DNA of 64,000 nucleotides, taken from NCBI GenBank assembly GCA_038087875.1, contig JAXLNO010000309.1:62001-126000 (forward strand), read 5' to 3'. A model generated the notes under the pieces. The model did no database searches. It saw only the letters and a program-made list of their open reading frames with translations, and was not told where the DNA came from. The position numbers and the translations under genes were made by a program. This DNA is from Malacoraja senta. Its lineage: Eukaryota. Numbering within the stretch: the stretch's first letter is position 1; every line of letters starts with the position of its first letter. Of this stretch, positions 13,735 to 25,164 are shown piece by piece.

Positions 13735-15574
13735 CTCACTGTGCGAGTTGACCCAGGAGTGACCCCGAGTTTAAAACAAATTTAACTCGTGGTAATCACG
13801 TACAATTAACGCAGCGGAAACGTCTGAACTCGTGGATGCAACTTAGCGACTCTTGGTGCTAACGGGAGGTACCCGTGAAACTTGTTAACTCTTGCAAAAG
13901 TTCAAACATGTTTGTACTTTTCCACGAGTAAAATGTACTCTTGTGGTTAAAATTTGAAACATTTTAAACTCGTTGTAAGAACGTAGTGGCCCGTGCGTTT
14001 AACTTTGTGACTCGTGAGTCTACCGTGGGAACTCTTTTTAGAAACAATAATCAGGGACAGAAATATCAGCTACTTAGACTTTTTAAAGACAAATTCTGCT
14101 TAACAAAGTTAAGCAAGTTATTGATAAGGTGACAGAGTGGGTTGAAAAGAAAAAATTGCTTGAAGTTTATATATAAATTTGTGTTGTGTTGTGTTGTGTT
14201 GAAAAGCTTTTTGCTGATCCGTTTGATTCTCACTGTTTGTTTACTTCATTGCACAATAAAAGAGAGTTCTTTGCTATCAAGATCAAATTGATGTCTGGAA
14301 GTCTTCATTTTAATATCACTACAAAGTCTCATGACTTGAATGTAATATTCCTTTCATCATAAAACACAAAATAGAGGAAGGCAAAATATATTCACATCTT
14401 GATTCTCACAATCATTTGTGAGATTTAAGGACTCAGCTGCCTCATATGCTGTGCTTTTTAAATGTTTAAAATTGTCCCCTCTCAGTAGATCAGAAAATAA
14501 GACAAAGTCTTATGTGAAACAAATGTCTTGAATGTGAAACAAAGTCTTTATTCTTGTTCAATATAAAAAACGCTTTTTTGCGCATATTGAGAAATATGCG
14601 TAATTTCCTGCAAACCCATATCACGGTGAAGCACCACAGCAAACAACACAGTGGTCTGAAAAAGGGCTTCTCATACATGAAAATCAACAAATGAAGCACA
14701 AATAAAAGTATTTCCACTATATACTAATTCAGCTGAGAAATGCACTAGTCTAAATTCAGGCAATAAAAGATACAATGCAATGCGCTAAATGACAAATTTT
14801 GAGATCTACAATCAGATAAGCAGATGCATGATAACCACGTTTTAAAGGAAAGACAGATGCAATGAAATTACTTTTACACCACAATAAAAAATACAATCCA
14901 CACTTAAAGTTAAACAATGAAAAGTCAGCAGGATTTAAACTAAACATGAAATTAACTGGATTTTTCTGCATGTGGGCTCTCCTCATGCAGTGATGTACCT
15001 GTGGTCGGCAGCCGCTCAAAATAAGCTGTCCTGCCACGGCACACTGCCCAATTCTGAATTATAGTAGGAGCAGAGATGGTCTCTCTGCTCTTTTGCACTG
15101 TTGGTCCCCGTGTTACCTCGAAAACACTGCAGTGGCACCAAAGTCTCGTCGTTTGTACCACTCCTCCACGCACCTAGTGTTATTCTCCCTGTTTGACTGT
15201 CCACTAAGTCACCGTGCTGCATGGCTGTCGCTGATCCTGAAGCTGCACCTCTGATACGGATCAGGTTGTGCAGAACACATGCAGCAAACACAATAGTCTC
15301 TATGTTCTTTGGCTGGCATGACATCATTTTTTTAACGTGTGATGATTTTTCAACACTTCGATATACATTGTTGCCTCAAGATTAACGGGAGAGGAACTTG
15401 GTACACTCGGGAGACGAACTTGGAACATCGCAGAAATGAGAAGTAAACGGCAAACTTAGACATACCCGTGGGAACTCGGTTAAACTCTGGATCATAAACT
15501 TGTAGTCTCGTACGCAACCACGAGTCTTTCACTCGGGGTCACTCGTGGGTCAAGTCGCACAGTGAGACAGACCT
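13735..15574 (-). mobile_element. Internally deleted PIF/Harbinger DNA transposon with a transposase C-terminal remnant (15016-15327)
   Basis: TIRs CTCACTGTGCGAGTTGACCCAGGAGTGACCCCGAGT and ACTCGGGGTCACTCGTGGGTCAAGTCGCACAGTGAG, with TTA on both flanks. The ORF has IVFAACVLHNL...RDHLCSYYNSELGSVPWQ, the Harbinger DDE C-terminus. Confidence 0.85.
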
Positions 15575-15577
15575 TTA

Positions 15578-16120
15578 ACATGATAAAGGGAATACCATGA
15601 AGACCATTTAGTGGAAGATAAAGCCAGTAAAGTCCGATCAACGATAGCCCGAGGGGCTACAATGAGAAAGATAGTAGTTCAGGGCCGCCCTCTAGTTGTG
15701 GTGGGATGCTTTGGTTGCATGAAAATAGCTGGGAAGAAACTGTCCCTGAATCTGGAGGTATGGATTTTCATACATCTTTAACTTTTGCCCGATGGGATAG
15801 AAGAGAAGATGGAGTAGGAAGGGTCCGACTAGTTCGTGATTAAGCTGGTGGCCTTGCCGAGGCCACACGGGATATAAATTGAGCCAATGGAAGGGAGGTT
15901 AGTTTTTGTGATGGTCTGGGCTGCGTCCACAATTCTCTGCAATTTCTTGCGGTCTTGGACGCAGCTGTTCCCAAACCATGCTGTGATGCATCGGGATAAA
16001 ATGCTGTCTATGGCGCATCTGCAGAAGTTGGTGAGAGTTGTTGGGGACAGCCTTCCGAGGAAGTAGAGGCCTTGTTGTGCCTTAGTGGCCATTGCTTCAA
16101 TAAGGGTGGTCCAGAAGAAG
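15578..16120 (-). mobile_element. Rex-Babar/L2-type LINE 3' fragment. Its 3' end continues at about 13625-13734, beyond the Harbinger insertion.
   Basis: KAQQGLYFLGRL...TLTNFCRCAIDSILSRCITAWFGN...DRKKLQRIV is the typical post-RT motif. Confidence 0.75.
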
Positions 16121-16378
16121 TTGCATGTGAAACTTCTGGGAATTTGCGGCTTTTAACCATTTTTACTTCGGATATTTTTTATTTCGGATTTCCCCGTGTT
16201 AAATACATAAACATCCACCAGGTCCGTTGCCCTGTGATTGAAACGATTCTCGCCACAGGAGAAGTTCGTCACACTGAATTTTGGATACAGAAAAGTAGCA
16301 GAAATGAGCCCGCTACCTCCTCCACTCTTTGCACTGATTTGCTTCCCCCATGAAGTCGTTGAAATTAATTCATCTGTG

Positions 16379-16534
16379 TGGAAATAAATATGTTTGTTAA
16401 AGAGCCTGTCACTAATGTCATTGCCCCCATCATAGCTCGGTCCCACCGGAGGATTTCAGCGAGTATTAATGAGGATCGGAGCCGCTCTCCTTGCTCCATT
16501 GTGTCACCCGAAAGTGCTGCTGAAATCTTCTAGA
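16379..16534 (+). promoter_or_regulatory. Conserved proximal upstream block of GPCR copy 2
   Basis: Same block, with TATA-like GTATTAATGAGG about 70 bp before the ATG. Confidence 0.45.
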
Positions 16535-19069
16535 ATGGAGCGGGCTCCGATTCTGTACATGAAGGAGATCGCCTATCCGATTCTGGTGGCGTTTGGAATT
16601 CCTGGTAAATCCTTTCACATTGTTTAACGTGTTGAAGATTTGTCTCAATAATACCGTGTGTTTTGTGTTCTGCTATTTTTTTTAACCTATGTTCCCGCTT
16701 GGGTTCATCAGTCTCGCTGCTGCTCATGTAATGTGTCCGTTCTTCTTTCCTTTCCCTGTCTTATAGTAACCTATGCTGTTCTAGGGTACGTTTATAAGTG
16801 ATCATCCTGTTTCTCTTAATCTCACTCTCTCCCTGGTCAAAATGTCCTCGTCCGTATCCCGCGTGTTAGTCGTCTTCCAGCAAAGAAACCTTGGTTTCAG
16901 TTGTATGAAGGATCTGCAGATGCTGGTTTAAACCGAAGATGTACACAAACAAGTGGAGTCACTCAGCGGGACAGGCAGAATCTCTGGAGAGAAGGAGTGA
17001 GTTACGTTTCGGGTCGAGGCCCTTCTTCAGACTAATGTGTTTAAGCTGCTGGCTATGGAGCTCAGCGGCTCTGGGGAACGGACTGAATCTCGGTGGCCGT
17101 GCGTGATCCGATTAATCCGTGCCCAACATTACCCTGTAGATAGACACGACAAACTGGAGTAACTCAGCTGGTCAGGTAGCATGTCCGGATAAAAGGAATT
17201 GGTGACGTTTGTGGTCGAGACCCTTCTTCGGACTGAGAGTTAGAGTAGAAATATGCGAAGGCACATAGAACAAATTAATTAAAGGTTTGCAGAAAGACAG
17301 ATCAAAGCCAGCAACGATGATCTAGGCAAGTTGGAACGCATAATGGTTCATCGTTGGCTGTGGGGAAGGTAATAACCTGTATTGCCAACAGCAAAACTCA
17401 ACAGAACGACATTGTGCTATGAATATGAAGTCCCCTTACTCCTGATACCTGGAGATATTTGGTAACAAACACAGGTGGCGCCTCCACGTCCCACGCACGA
17501 GTTATCAATGGCAGCTCCCGCGCTGCTAGACCGGACGTTGTAACTACTGAACTCCATATGGCATGACTCTTTAAACCACCGCCGCGCAGAACGGCTTAAA
17601 GGCATCGAGGACAGACGTCAAAGTGACCATAATTTAAAGAAAACACCGAACATAGAACATAGAAAACAGAAAACAGAACAGTACAGGACAGGAAAGGGAC
17701 CATGGCCCTATAATGTCTGTGTCCAAAATCAACTTAATCTCCTGCACCCACTGCATCTCCGTCCATTCCTTGCATGTCCAGGCCCCTCGGAACCCACTAC
17801 ATCTCTGTGTAAAATGTTGCACAGAGTGCGGCACGGTATAAAGGAGATATACGGGATCGTTTTTTTACATGGAGCGTGCTACCGTGAGCGGTGTTGGGGT
17901 CAGATATGATAGTGGCATTTAAGAGGCTCTTGGACACACACATTGATATTCAGGGAATAAAATGTTATGGCGCACGTGCAAGCAAAGGACATTAGTTTAA
18001 CTTGGCATGATGTTCGGTGTTGATATTTAGGGCGGAATGGCCTGTTCCTGTTCTCTAATGTTTTGTGTTGTCATTTGTAAAGTATCCGCTCCAATGAGGC
18101 CGTCGCTCTGAACGCAGCCTCTGCTCTCACACTTGGCTGCTGATTAACTGGTTATTTTGCTGCACATTGTTCTTTCTCCAGCTAACGCGATGACAGCTGC
18201 GATCCTGTGCCGGGGAAAACTGCGGTCTCACCAGTGGAATCAACCGTTACATGGTGGCGATGGCAATGGCCGATCTGCTCGTGGTCATCTTACAGGTGTT
18301 GCTCAAAGAAGTCTACATTCCCTACACCTATAATTCCTTCCTCTCCCGCAGCACGATGTGTCCTTCATATATATACCTGCGCATCCTCGCCCTGGACTGT
18401 TCCGTCTGGTTAACCGTGTCTTTCACCTTTGACCGTTTTGTCAGCATTTGCTGCCGGAAGCTGAGACTCGTCTATTGTACGGATAGGACGGCCACCATTG
18501 AGTCTTTGTGCGCGCAGAGCTGCTTAAAGTACATTCCCTTTCACTTCATGTATGAGCCATACTTCACCATGGAGAGTGTGAATTGGGGGTGCCGGCACAA
18601 AGCCGCCTATATCTGGTGGATGTTGTTTTCTTGGATGTGTAACATGTCATTATCCTTCCACCCTATCATTCTAATCCTGCTTCTGAATGGGCTGACTGTC
18701 AGGAGTGTCGTAGCAGCGAGCAGGATCCGCCGGCGACTGAAATCACTGAAAGGTAAGGACACTGAGGCGGAGAATCGACGCAATGCAACCGTGTTGCTCT
18801 TCACCGTGTCCGGCACCTACATATTACTCTGGACGACAGGGGCAGTGACTTTCATATTTACGCGAATTACAATCAATTTTGTGGGCTCTGATCTCACAAG
18901 CCCCTCGACCATCGCAAATGAGGTGGGAATCTTACTCATTCGTCTCAGTTGTTGCTCCAACACCTGTATTTACGCAATGACCCAAAGCAAGTTCAGAGAG
19001 GAGGTGAAGTACGGGATTAAGATTCTAACTCGTTTCATCGTTAATCCTGTGCAACTGGCGAGGCAGTGA
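16535..19069 (+). pseudogene. GPR139/142-like GPCR copy 2. Exons 16535-16604 and 18182-19069, with a +1 frameshift near 18216-18220.
   Basis: Exon 1 MERAPILYMKEIAYPILVAFGIP, G|GTAAAT. Acceptor ctccag|CT AAC GCG. GGA AAA C TGC vs GGA AAG TGC in paralogs shifts the frame to an early TAA. The rest is open (ORF 18251-19069) with in-frame 6-nt and 9-nt deletions in TM4 and ECL2. Confidence 0.8.
16905..17235 (-). mobile_element. Two Penelope pseudo-LTR remnants in the intron of copy 2
   Basis: Reverse strand reads CTGAAGAAGGGCCTCGACCCGAAACGTA at about 17003-17030, with a more degenerate copy near 17205-17232. Confidence 0.6.
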
Positions 19070-20049
19070 GCCTAGATTTGGAATTCGATTATCTATTCGT
19101 TCTATGTATTTCCATAATCAAATCACCCCGTTCTGTGGAATGGTCCCAACCAGAAACGACGCCTGACTTTTCGCTCCACATATGCTGCCTGACCCATTGA
19201 GTTCCTCTTGCAATTTGTGGTTTTGTTCAAGATTCCAGTATGTGAAGTTCCTTGTATTTACTTTCTTTCACCACGCTTTCGGCCGGAACGATCTCATTCA
19301 ATACTAGTCATCATAGTTTTTAGCCCGGAATATCTCTTAGCGTGTTCAATCTGCCCCCACCCGTCGCTATTTACCGTCGCTCCATTATACTCCATTATTT
19401 CAATGTGTGCAGTTGTGTTCTCCCCTTTGCAGGGAGAATGCGAAGGCGTTCCAGTGACACAGGCTAAAGGGAAACCAGACAGAAGTATATCAAATTATGA
19501 TAGGGTAGATAGTCAGAACATTATTCCCAGTGGGGAAATGTCAATGAGTAGAGGATGTGCTTTACGGCGCAAAATGTAAAGCAGATGTGCGGCGCAAGGG
19601 CAGGCCTCTCGCATATGCGGCCTACGTGGCAGGGCGTGTCCACCTATCCTAACCTTCAATGATCCATGGACATTAACACAAAACCCCTTACATTACCCAT
19701 CATTTTTCCGCTGCAACTTGCCGCTCTGAGGTTGTAGCCCGATCAACCAACCTACGTATTGCGACCCTTGCAGTTTTTTAACCTGCACTTTCTCTGTTGC
19801 TGTAATGTTGTGACCATGTAACGTTTTATTCAGCACACTGGTCATGTATCCATTACACTACCTGTTGTGTTTGTTGCTGTTTGATTTTACTTGTGAAAGG
19901 TACGTCGTGACTGGATGCCACGCAAATACAATATCTTGTGACGATAATAAACCAATGCCCATACCAATTTCCCGGCTCAGACTGTGCTGCACTGAACCGT
20001 AACCACCGGCATCGAGAAATATCTGTAATGAAAGTAAATGAACACTACT

Positions 20050-21355
20050 ATAAAGGAGATGGAGGTACAGACTGTTAGGAAATTGGGAAGGCCAAGTGGC
20101 TGAAGTGCTTGCCGACGAACGTTTTAGGACCAGTGACCACTATTCTATTAGCTTTAAAATTGTTATGAATAAAGACAGGGCGGGTCGGCGTTAAAGATCT
20201 GAATTCGGGCAAATTCAATTATGATTATAAGAGACAGAAACTCGCTCAAGTTGATTGGAATACATTGTTTGCAGGCGCAGGGGCGCCCGAAATATAGGAT
20301 GCTTTTAAAAATGTGAAGACGTGAGTTCAGGGCATGCACGACCCTGATAGAGTAACGGACAATGCAGGTGGGTGTAAGTAGATAAATGGAGGATGTGGTC
20401 AGGATGTAGGAGGCATGCGACAGGAATGTGCAGTGAAATCAATTGTTTCCGTGCACGAGTTTCGGGAACTGAGGGGCGCACCTGAGAATGAAGTCAGGAG
20501 GGCAAAGGGGGACAGGAGATACCTCCCGGCTACCTGGCTGAGAAATCCATGGGTAAGGGGAACTAGGGGAACTAGAAGGACAGGTAACTCTGCTGGTCGG
20601 GACTATTTTACAAACAGGGTATTTAATGAATCCGGCGGCGCTCTCGGTCCGTAATAGTGGCGCCTCACTCGATTAACGAGAGAAATGAGCATAAAGAAAT
20701 GTTTCAGTTACTTAATATTTTCCTTACCCTGTAAAAAATGTTTAACTGGCCTGTTTTTTTGAAGCACGAGCTTGTAGCAGGATCTTGATCGGTTGGGTAG
20801 GTGGGCCGATGAATGGTTATTGGTTTAATACAGGTAATTGCGAGAAGTTCCAATTTGGGGCTTCTAACCGGGGGTGGGGGCTACACAGTGAATGGAACGG
20901 ATCTGTGGAATGTTGTCGAGCAGAGAGATCTATCAGTGCAGGTACTTAGTTACCTTGAAAATGGCGTCGCACATAGATAGGGTGGCCATCGTACTTTCGG
21001 TACATCATCCTTCATCAGTCAGAATAACTAGTATAGATGTCGTTTTTTTTTGTTTTTTTGTGGGTTTTTTCTTGTTTTTTTTCCCTTTCTTCTCCCCACC
21101 CCCTATCAGTCTGAAGAAGGGTTTCGGCCCGAAACGTTGCCTATTTCCTTCGCTTCATAGATGCTGCTGCACCCGCTGAGTTTCTCCAGCATTTTTGTGT
21201 ACCTATAGATGTCGAGATGTTGTGTTACAGTTCTACAGGATATTGGTGAGGCTATATCTGGAGTATTCTGTTCAGTTCTGGTCATAATGTTACAGGAAAT
21301 ATGTTATTAAGCTGGAAAGAGTGCAGAGAATGTTTACGAGGATGATGGCAAGATT
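20050..21355 (+). mobile_element. Old, heavily degenerate CR1 remnants downstream of copy 2
   Basis: DNA similarity to 35240-36900 and 45000-46600; CR1 motif ctggagtattctgttcagttctggtca near 21258. Confidence 0.6.
21043..21203 (+). mobile_element. Solo Penelope pseudo-LTR insertion with an 11-bp TSD and a hammerhead-like core
   Basis: TATAGATGTCG flanks both sides (21032-21042 and 21204-21214). Its 3' ~100 bp are nearly the reverse complement of 51248-51350. Confidence 0.8.
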
Positions 21356-21367
21356 CGGAGGAACAGA

Positions 21368-21490
21368 CTGAGATTCATCGATTGCATGGATAGGACAACC
21401 GCCGTGGTCACTGTGTCATTGCGTGCGCTGAGCTGCTTAAAGTACATCCCCTTTCAATTGAACTGGGGCGACCGGCCTAGAGCCGTGTAC
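21368..21490 (+). pseudogene. Short relic of a GPR139/142-like GPCR (ICL2-TM4-ECL2 region)
   Basis: Reads LRFIDCMDRTTAVVTVSLRALSCLKYIPFQ...NWGDRPRAVY and aligns to the paralogs with an internal deletion. It is joined directly to a CR1 remnant upstream. Confidence 0.8.
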
Positions 21491-22864
21491 ATTCTATGAT
21501 GCCCCCCTCCTCACCGCTCCCCACCCAACGTATTTCAAACCGCTCTTTGCTTTTTTGTAGATGTACGGGACAGGGTTTTTGTTTACACGTGCGTTGCTTG
21601 TTTCCTCCCCGATGCGTCTTTCGCTCTGCGGAAGCGAACGCCAAGGCCTCTGTCATTATCCAACTATTTCCCCACAACTCCCCTATTTTTACTCGATCTG
21701 GCCTGTGCGCTGGATTGAAATGAAACCATTGACACTCAGTCGGTTTGGAATTAAAGTCAACGCAGTTTACCGCAAAAGATGAGCAAAACACAACGGGCCA
21801 GGGGTCAGGCAGCGGGTCAGGCAGCATCTATGGATGGAATGGGCAGGGTACGTTTAGCAACGGGCCAACAAAGGCTGTTGGCTTAAAACAATTTATAAAC
21901 ACTTAATTCTAACCCTTGTCGGACCTTTGGAAATTGCATTGCATGTTCAATTATCTGCCTGGTAGTAAAGAACACAAGAACATTGATGGACTGCGGTTGA
22001 TGAAGATATAAAGTTACGCGCCTTCCTCTCGCTGAGGAGACTTTGTGCTGCTCGCCGGGATGTGGATAGAGCCCCGGCGCATCCGTATGGGGCAGATTAC
22101 ATGCGTCTGTGGGGCATTATCACCATCTTTGTTGGGCTGAACACTACACAGAGTCAGGCAGCATCTGTACAAGGAATGGATAGTCGACGTGTGAAGTCGC
22201 GGCCCCTTCTTCAGACTTTTTATTTAGCTAGCTCGAATAAAATCAGTATATTATGAAACAATTTATGGTTGAAAAACTTAGCATTTAACTCATTTAACTG
22301 TCTAGTTCTTTAACGCATATGCTTGATGAATCTGATCCGGACTGTTCCTTCGTTGCTCGTTTAATGTGTTTACAAGTTTCTGCTTTTCACCTCAAAGTAT
22401 CACTGTTCATATGAAAGTTTATCCGTCACAAAATGGGAGATCCAATGAAAAATTACCAAACGCTGGGAGGAGGATTCATGGTGTATTTTAGACAAGGTGG
22501 CGATAGCAAAAGGGGATTTAAAAATTAAGGCTGCACGTGAAATTATTTCTCCGTTTCCCTGGGTTCAACTTTAAGCATCTGTATGATGAATAGAAAAAGC
22601 GATTTGGGAAAGCCATTGTGAAACGTCCTATTTCCTTTTCCGCGGATATAAATGTGATAAAGGGCGGTTTATATTTTGGATTTCCACCTGTTAAAAAATC
22701 ACCGACATCCAGCACATTGTCCTCCCAGTTAACGAAGCGAATCCCGCCACAACAAAAGTCCTTCACCTTACAATGTGGATCGAGAGAAGGGTTAGTAAAA
22801 AATACGTGCCCTCCTGTAATCTTTCCATTGAGTATTCCTCCTCCAATAAGGAGCTTGAATTACG

Positions 22865-23014
22865 TGGAAATGTTTGTTAAGATGCCCGTGGCTGATGTCT
22901 TTGTTTTGTCACTCTGCGAACACACTGGAGGATTGGACGCGGGTATTAATGAGGTTGGAAACCGCATACTCTGTTCAATTCGCTCTTCAGAGAGAGCTGC
23001 CGAGGTCTTCTGGA
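22865..23014 (+). promoter_or_regulatory. Conserved proximal upstream block of intact GPCR copy 3
   Basis: Same block, with GGGTATTAATGAGG about 70 bp before the ATG. Confidence 0.5.
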
Positions 23015-24136
23015 ATGGGGCGGGCTCCGGCTCTGTACATGAGGGAGATCGCCTATCCGATTCTGGCGGCGTTGGGAATCCCCGGTAAGACCGATCACAC
23101 CGTTCAATGTGCACTGTTACAGTATGTCGCAACGCTATCGAGTGTTCTGTATTATGAAATTAATTTAACGGCGTAAGTTTCGGCGCGGACACTGCTTTAA
23201 ATAGAAATTTCGCTGCAATGTGTTCTTCCTCCAGCGAACCTGTTGACAGCTGCGATCCTGTGTCGGGTAAAGTGCGGTCTCACCAGAGGAATCACCCGTT
23301 ACATGGTGGCGATGGCAATGACCGACATGATCGTGGTCATCTTTCACGTACTGCTCAAAGAAATCTACATTTACTACAACCCTAACTCCTTCCTCTCCCT
23401 CAGCACGGTGTGCCCTTCATACATACACCTGCGGACCGCCACACTGGACTATTCCGTCTGGTTAACTGTGTCCTTCACCTTTGACCGATTTGTCAGCATT
23501 TGCTGCCGGAAGCTGAGACGCTTCTATTGCACGAATAGGACGGCCGCCATGGTCATCGTGTTCATGTGCGCGCTGAGCTGTTTAAAGTACATCCCCTTTC
23601 AATTCTTGTACGAGCCACGATTCAACGTGGACAATGTGAACTGGGGGTGCCGGCCCAAAGTCGACTACTTCACCTCCATCTGGTGGTCGGCTTTCACCTG
23701 GATGTGTAGCGTCTCTCTCTCCTTACTCCCATTTGGTCTCATCGTACTCCTGAACGGTCTGACGGTCCGGTACATCATAGCGGCCAGCAGAATCCGCCGG
23801 CGCCTGAAGTCACAGGAAGGCAAGGACAGTGAGTCGGAGAATCGGCGTAAGTCCATCGTATTACTCTTCACCGTGTCCGGCACCTCCATATTACTCTGGA
23901 CGACGGCGACGGTAACTTTGATCTGCAATCGGGTCTCAGTCAATCACGTGAGCGCGGATCTCACGAACCCCTCCAACATCGCCAACGAAGTGGGAATCTT
24001 ACTCGTTCGGGTCAGTTCTTGCGCGAACACATTTATCTACGCAATGACCCAAAGCAAGTTCAGGCAGGAGGTGAAGAATGGGATTAAGATTTTAACACTT
24101 TTCATTATTAAACCCATTAAACTGGCGAGACAATGA
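23015..24136 (+). CDS. Intact class A orphan GPCR, GPR139/GPR142-like, copy 3 (subtype B). Exons 23015-23084 and 23235-24136; 323 aa.
   Basis: Exon 1 MGRAPALYMREIAYPILAALGIP, G|GTAAGA; 150-bp intron; ctccag|CG AAC CTG. Uninterrupted 7TM frame: YMVAMAMTDM (TM2), TVCP and FTFDRF (TM3), NWGC (ECL2), LLPF (TM5), LLWTT (TM6), SSCANTFIY (TM7), QSKFR (helix 8). Confidence 0.92.
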
Positions 24137-25164
24137 ACCCTGAGTTGGAGATCGAACATGATGTCTCCCTTCTCTCTATTCTGATGAACAAACCGCACCA
24201 TTCTTCGATAGGGTCCCGACCCGGAACGTCGCCTGTCCATTGCCTCCAGTGAAGGTGCCGACCCGAAGCGTTTCTCCAGAACTCTGTGTTTTTCTCAAAA
24301 TTTGACATCTGCAGTCATGGCCCGAAACATCGCTAATAGATTCCCTCCACAGTTCCTGCCTGTTCCGCTACGATTCTCTAGCACTTTGTGTAATTCTCAA
24401 AATTTCAGCTTCTTTAGGTCCCTTATTCTTTGCTCCAGTTATGTCCGCAGAGGTCCCGGTGAAAAGGAGTATTTATAGATGTTACCACAGAATACATATT
24501 AATGCGTTTAATCCGCCTCCACCAACCGCGGACTGTTTTCACCCTCTTATCAGATGAGACAAGCCTTCTTCGAGTCCCCCGCCTCCCGCGCCATAGGAAG
24601 GCGGTCGCCAAGCTGAAAAGAGTGCCATGATTTAAAAGGATACAGAGACCTGGACTTTAGGGAGAGATTGGGCTGACTAAAACTTTATTCGTTTGAATTT
24701 GTAACTGAATGATGATAATTTGGATGTGATTAAAATAATGAGAAACATTTGCAGGATGAATACACAGTCATTTACCCAGCGTATGGGAATCACAAACAAG
24801 GGGAGCATACGTTTGTGAGAGGGGGGCCTGAGAGACAACCTTTTCACACGGACGCTAATGGGGATATGGAACGTGATACAAGTGGAGGTAGTTGAGGAAC
24901 TATGAAAATTAAAAGACATTTGGACAGGTACATGGATCCAAACGTTTTAGACGATTAAGGATGAAATGTGGCACCAGTGACTGGCGTAGTTGGGCGTCTT
25001 GTCCGGCATGGTCAAATTGGGCAGAAGGAACTGTCTCCTTGCTCTGTGGCTCTTTGGCGCCGTTCAAGAGTGACCCTCGCTCCTTTTATAGTCCAGCCGT
25101 TGATTCTGAGCGCGTCTTTTCGGCCCATTATTTCACCCATTTTCGGCCCATTGTTGCAGGTGAA

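Noticed and set aside
15016..15327. Domesticated HARBI1 gene
   Set aside because: Only a C-terminal remnant lying between TIRs with TTA flanks.
22618..23088. 156-aa ORF upstream of copy 3
   Set aside because: No recognisable domain, out of frame with exon 1, and not kept open in the paralogous upstream regions.
23015..24136. Assigning the symbol GPR139 or GPR142
   Set aside because: The resemblance is family-level only. This is a multi-copy divergent lineage, and orthology cannot be shown without a phylogeny.
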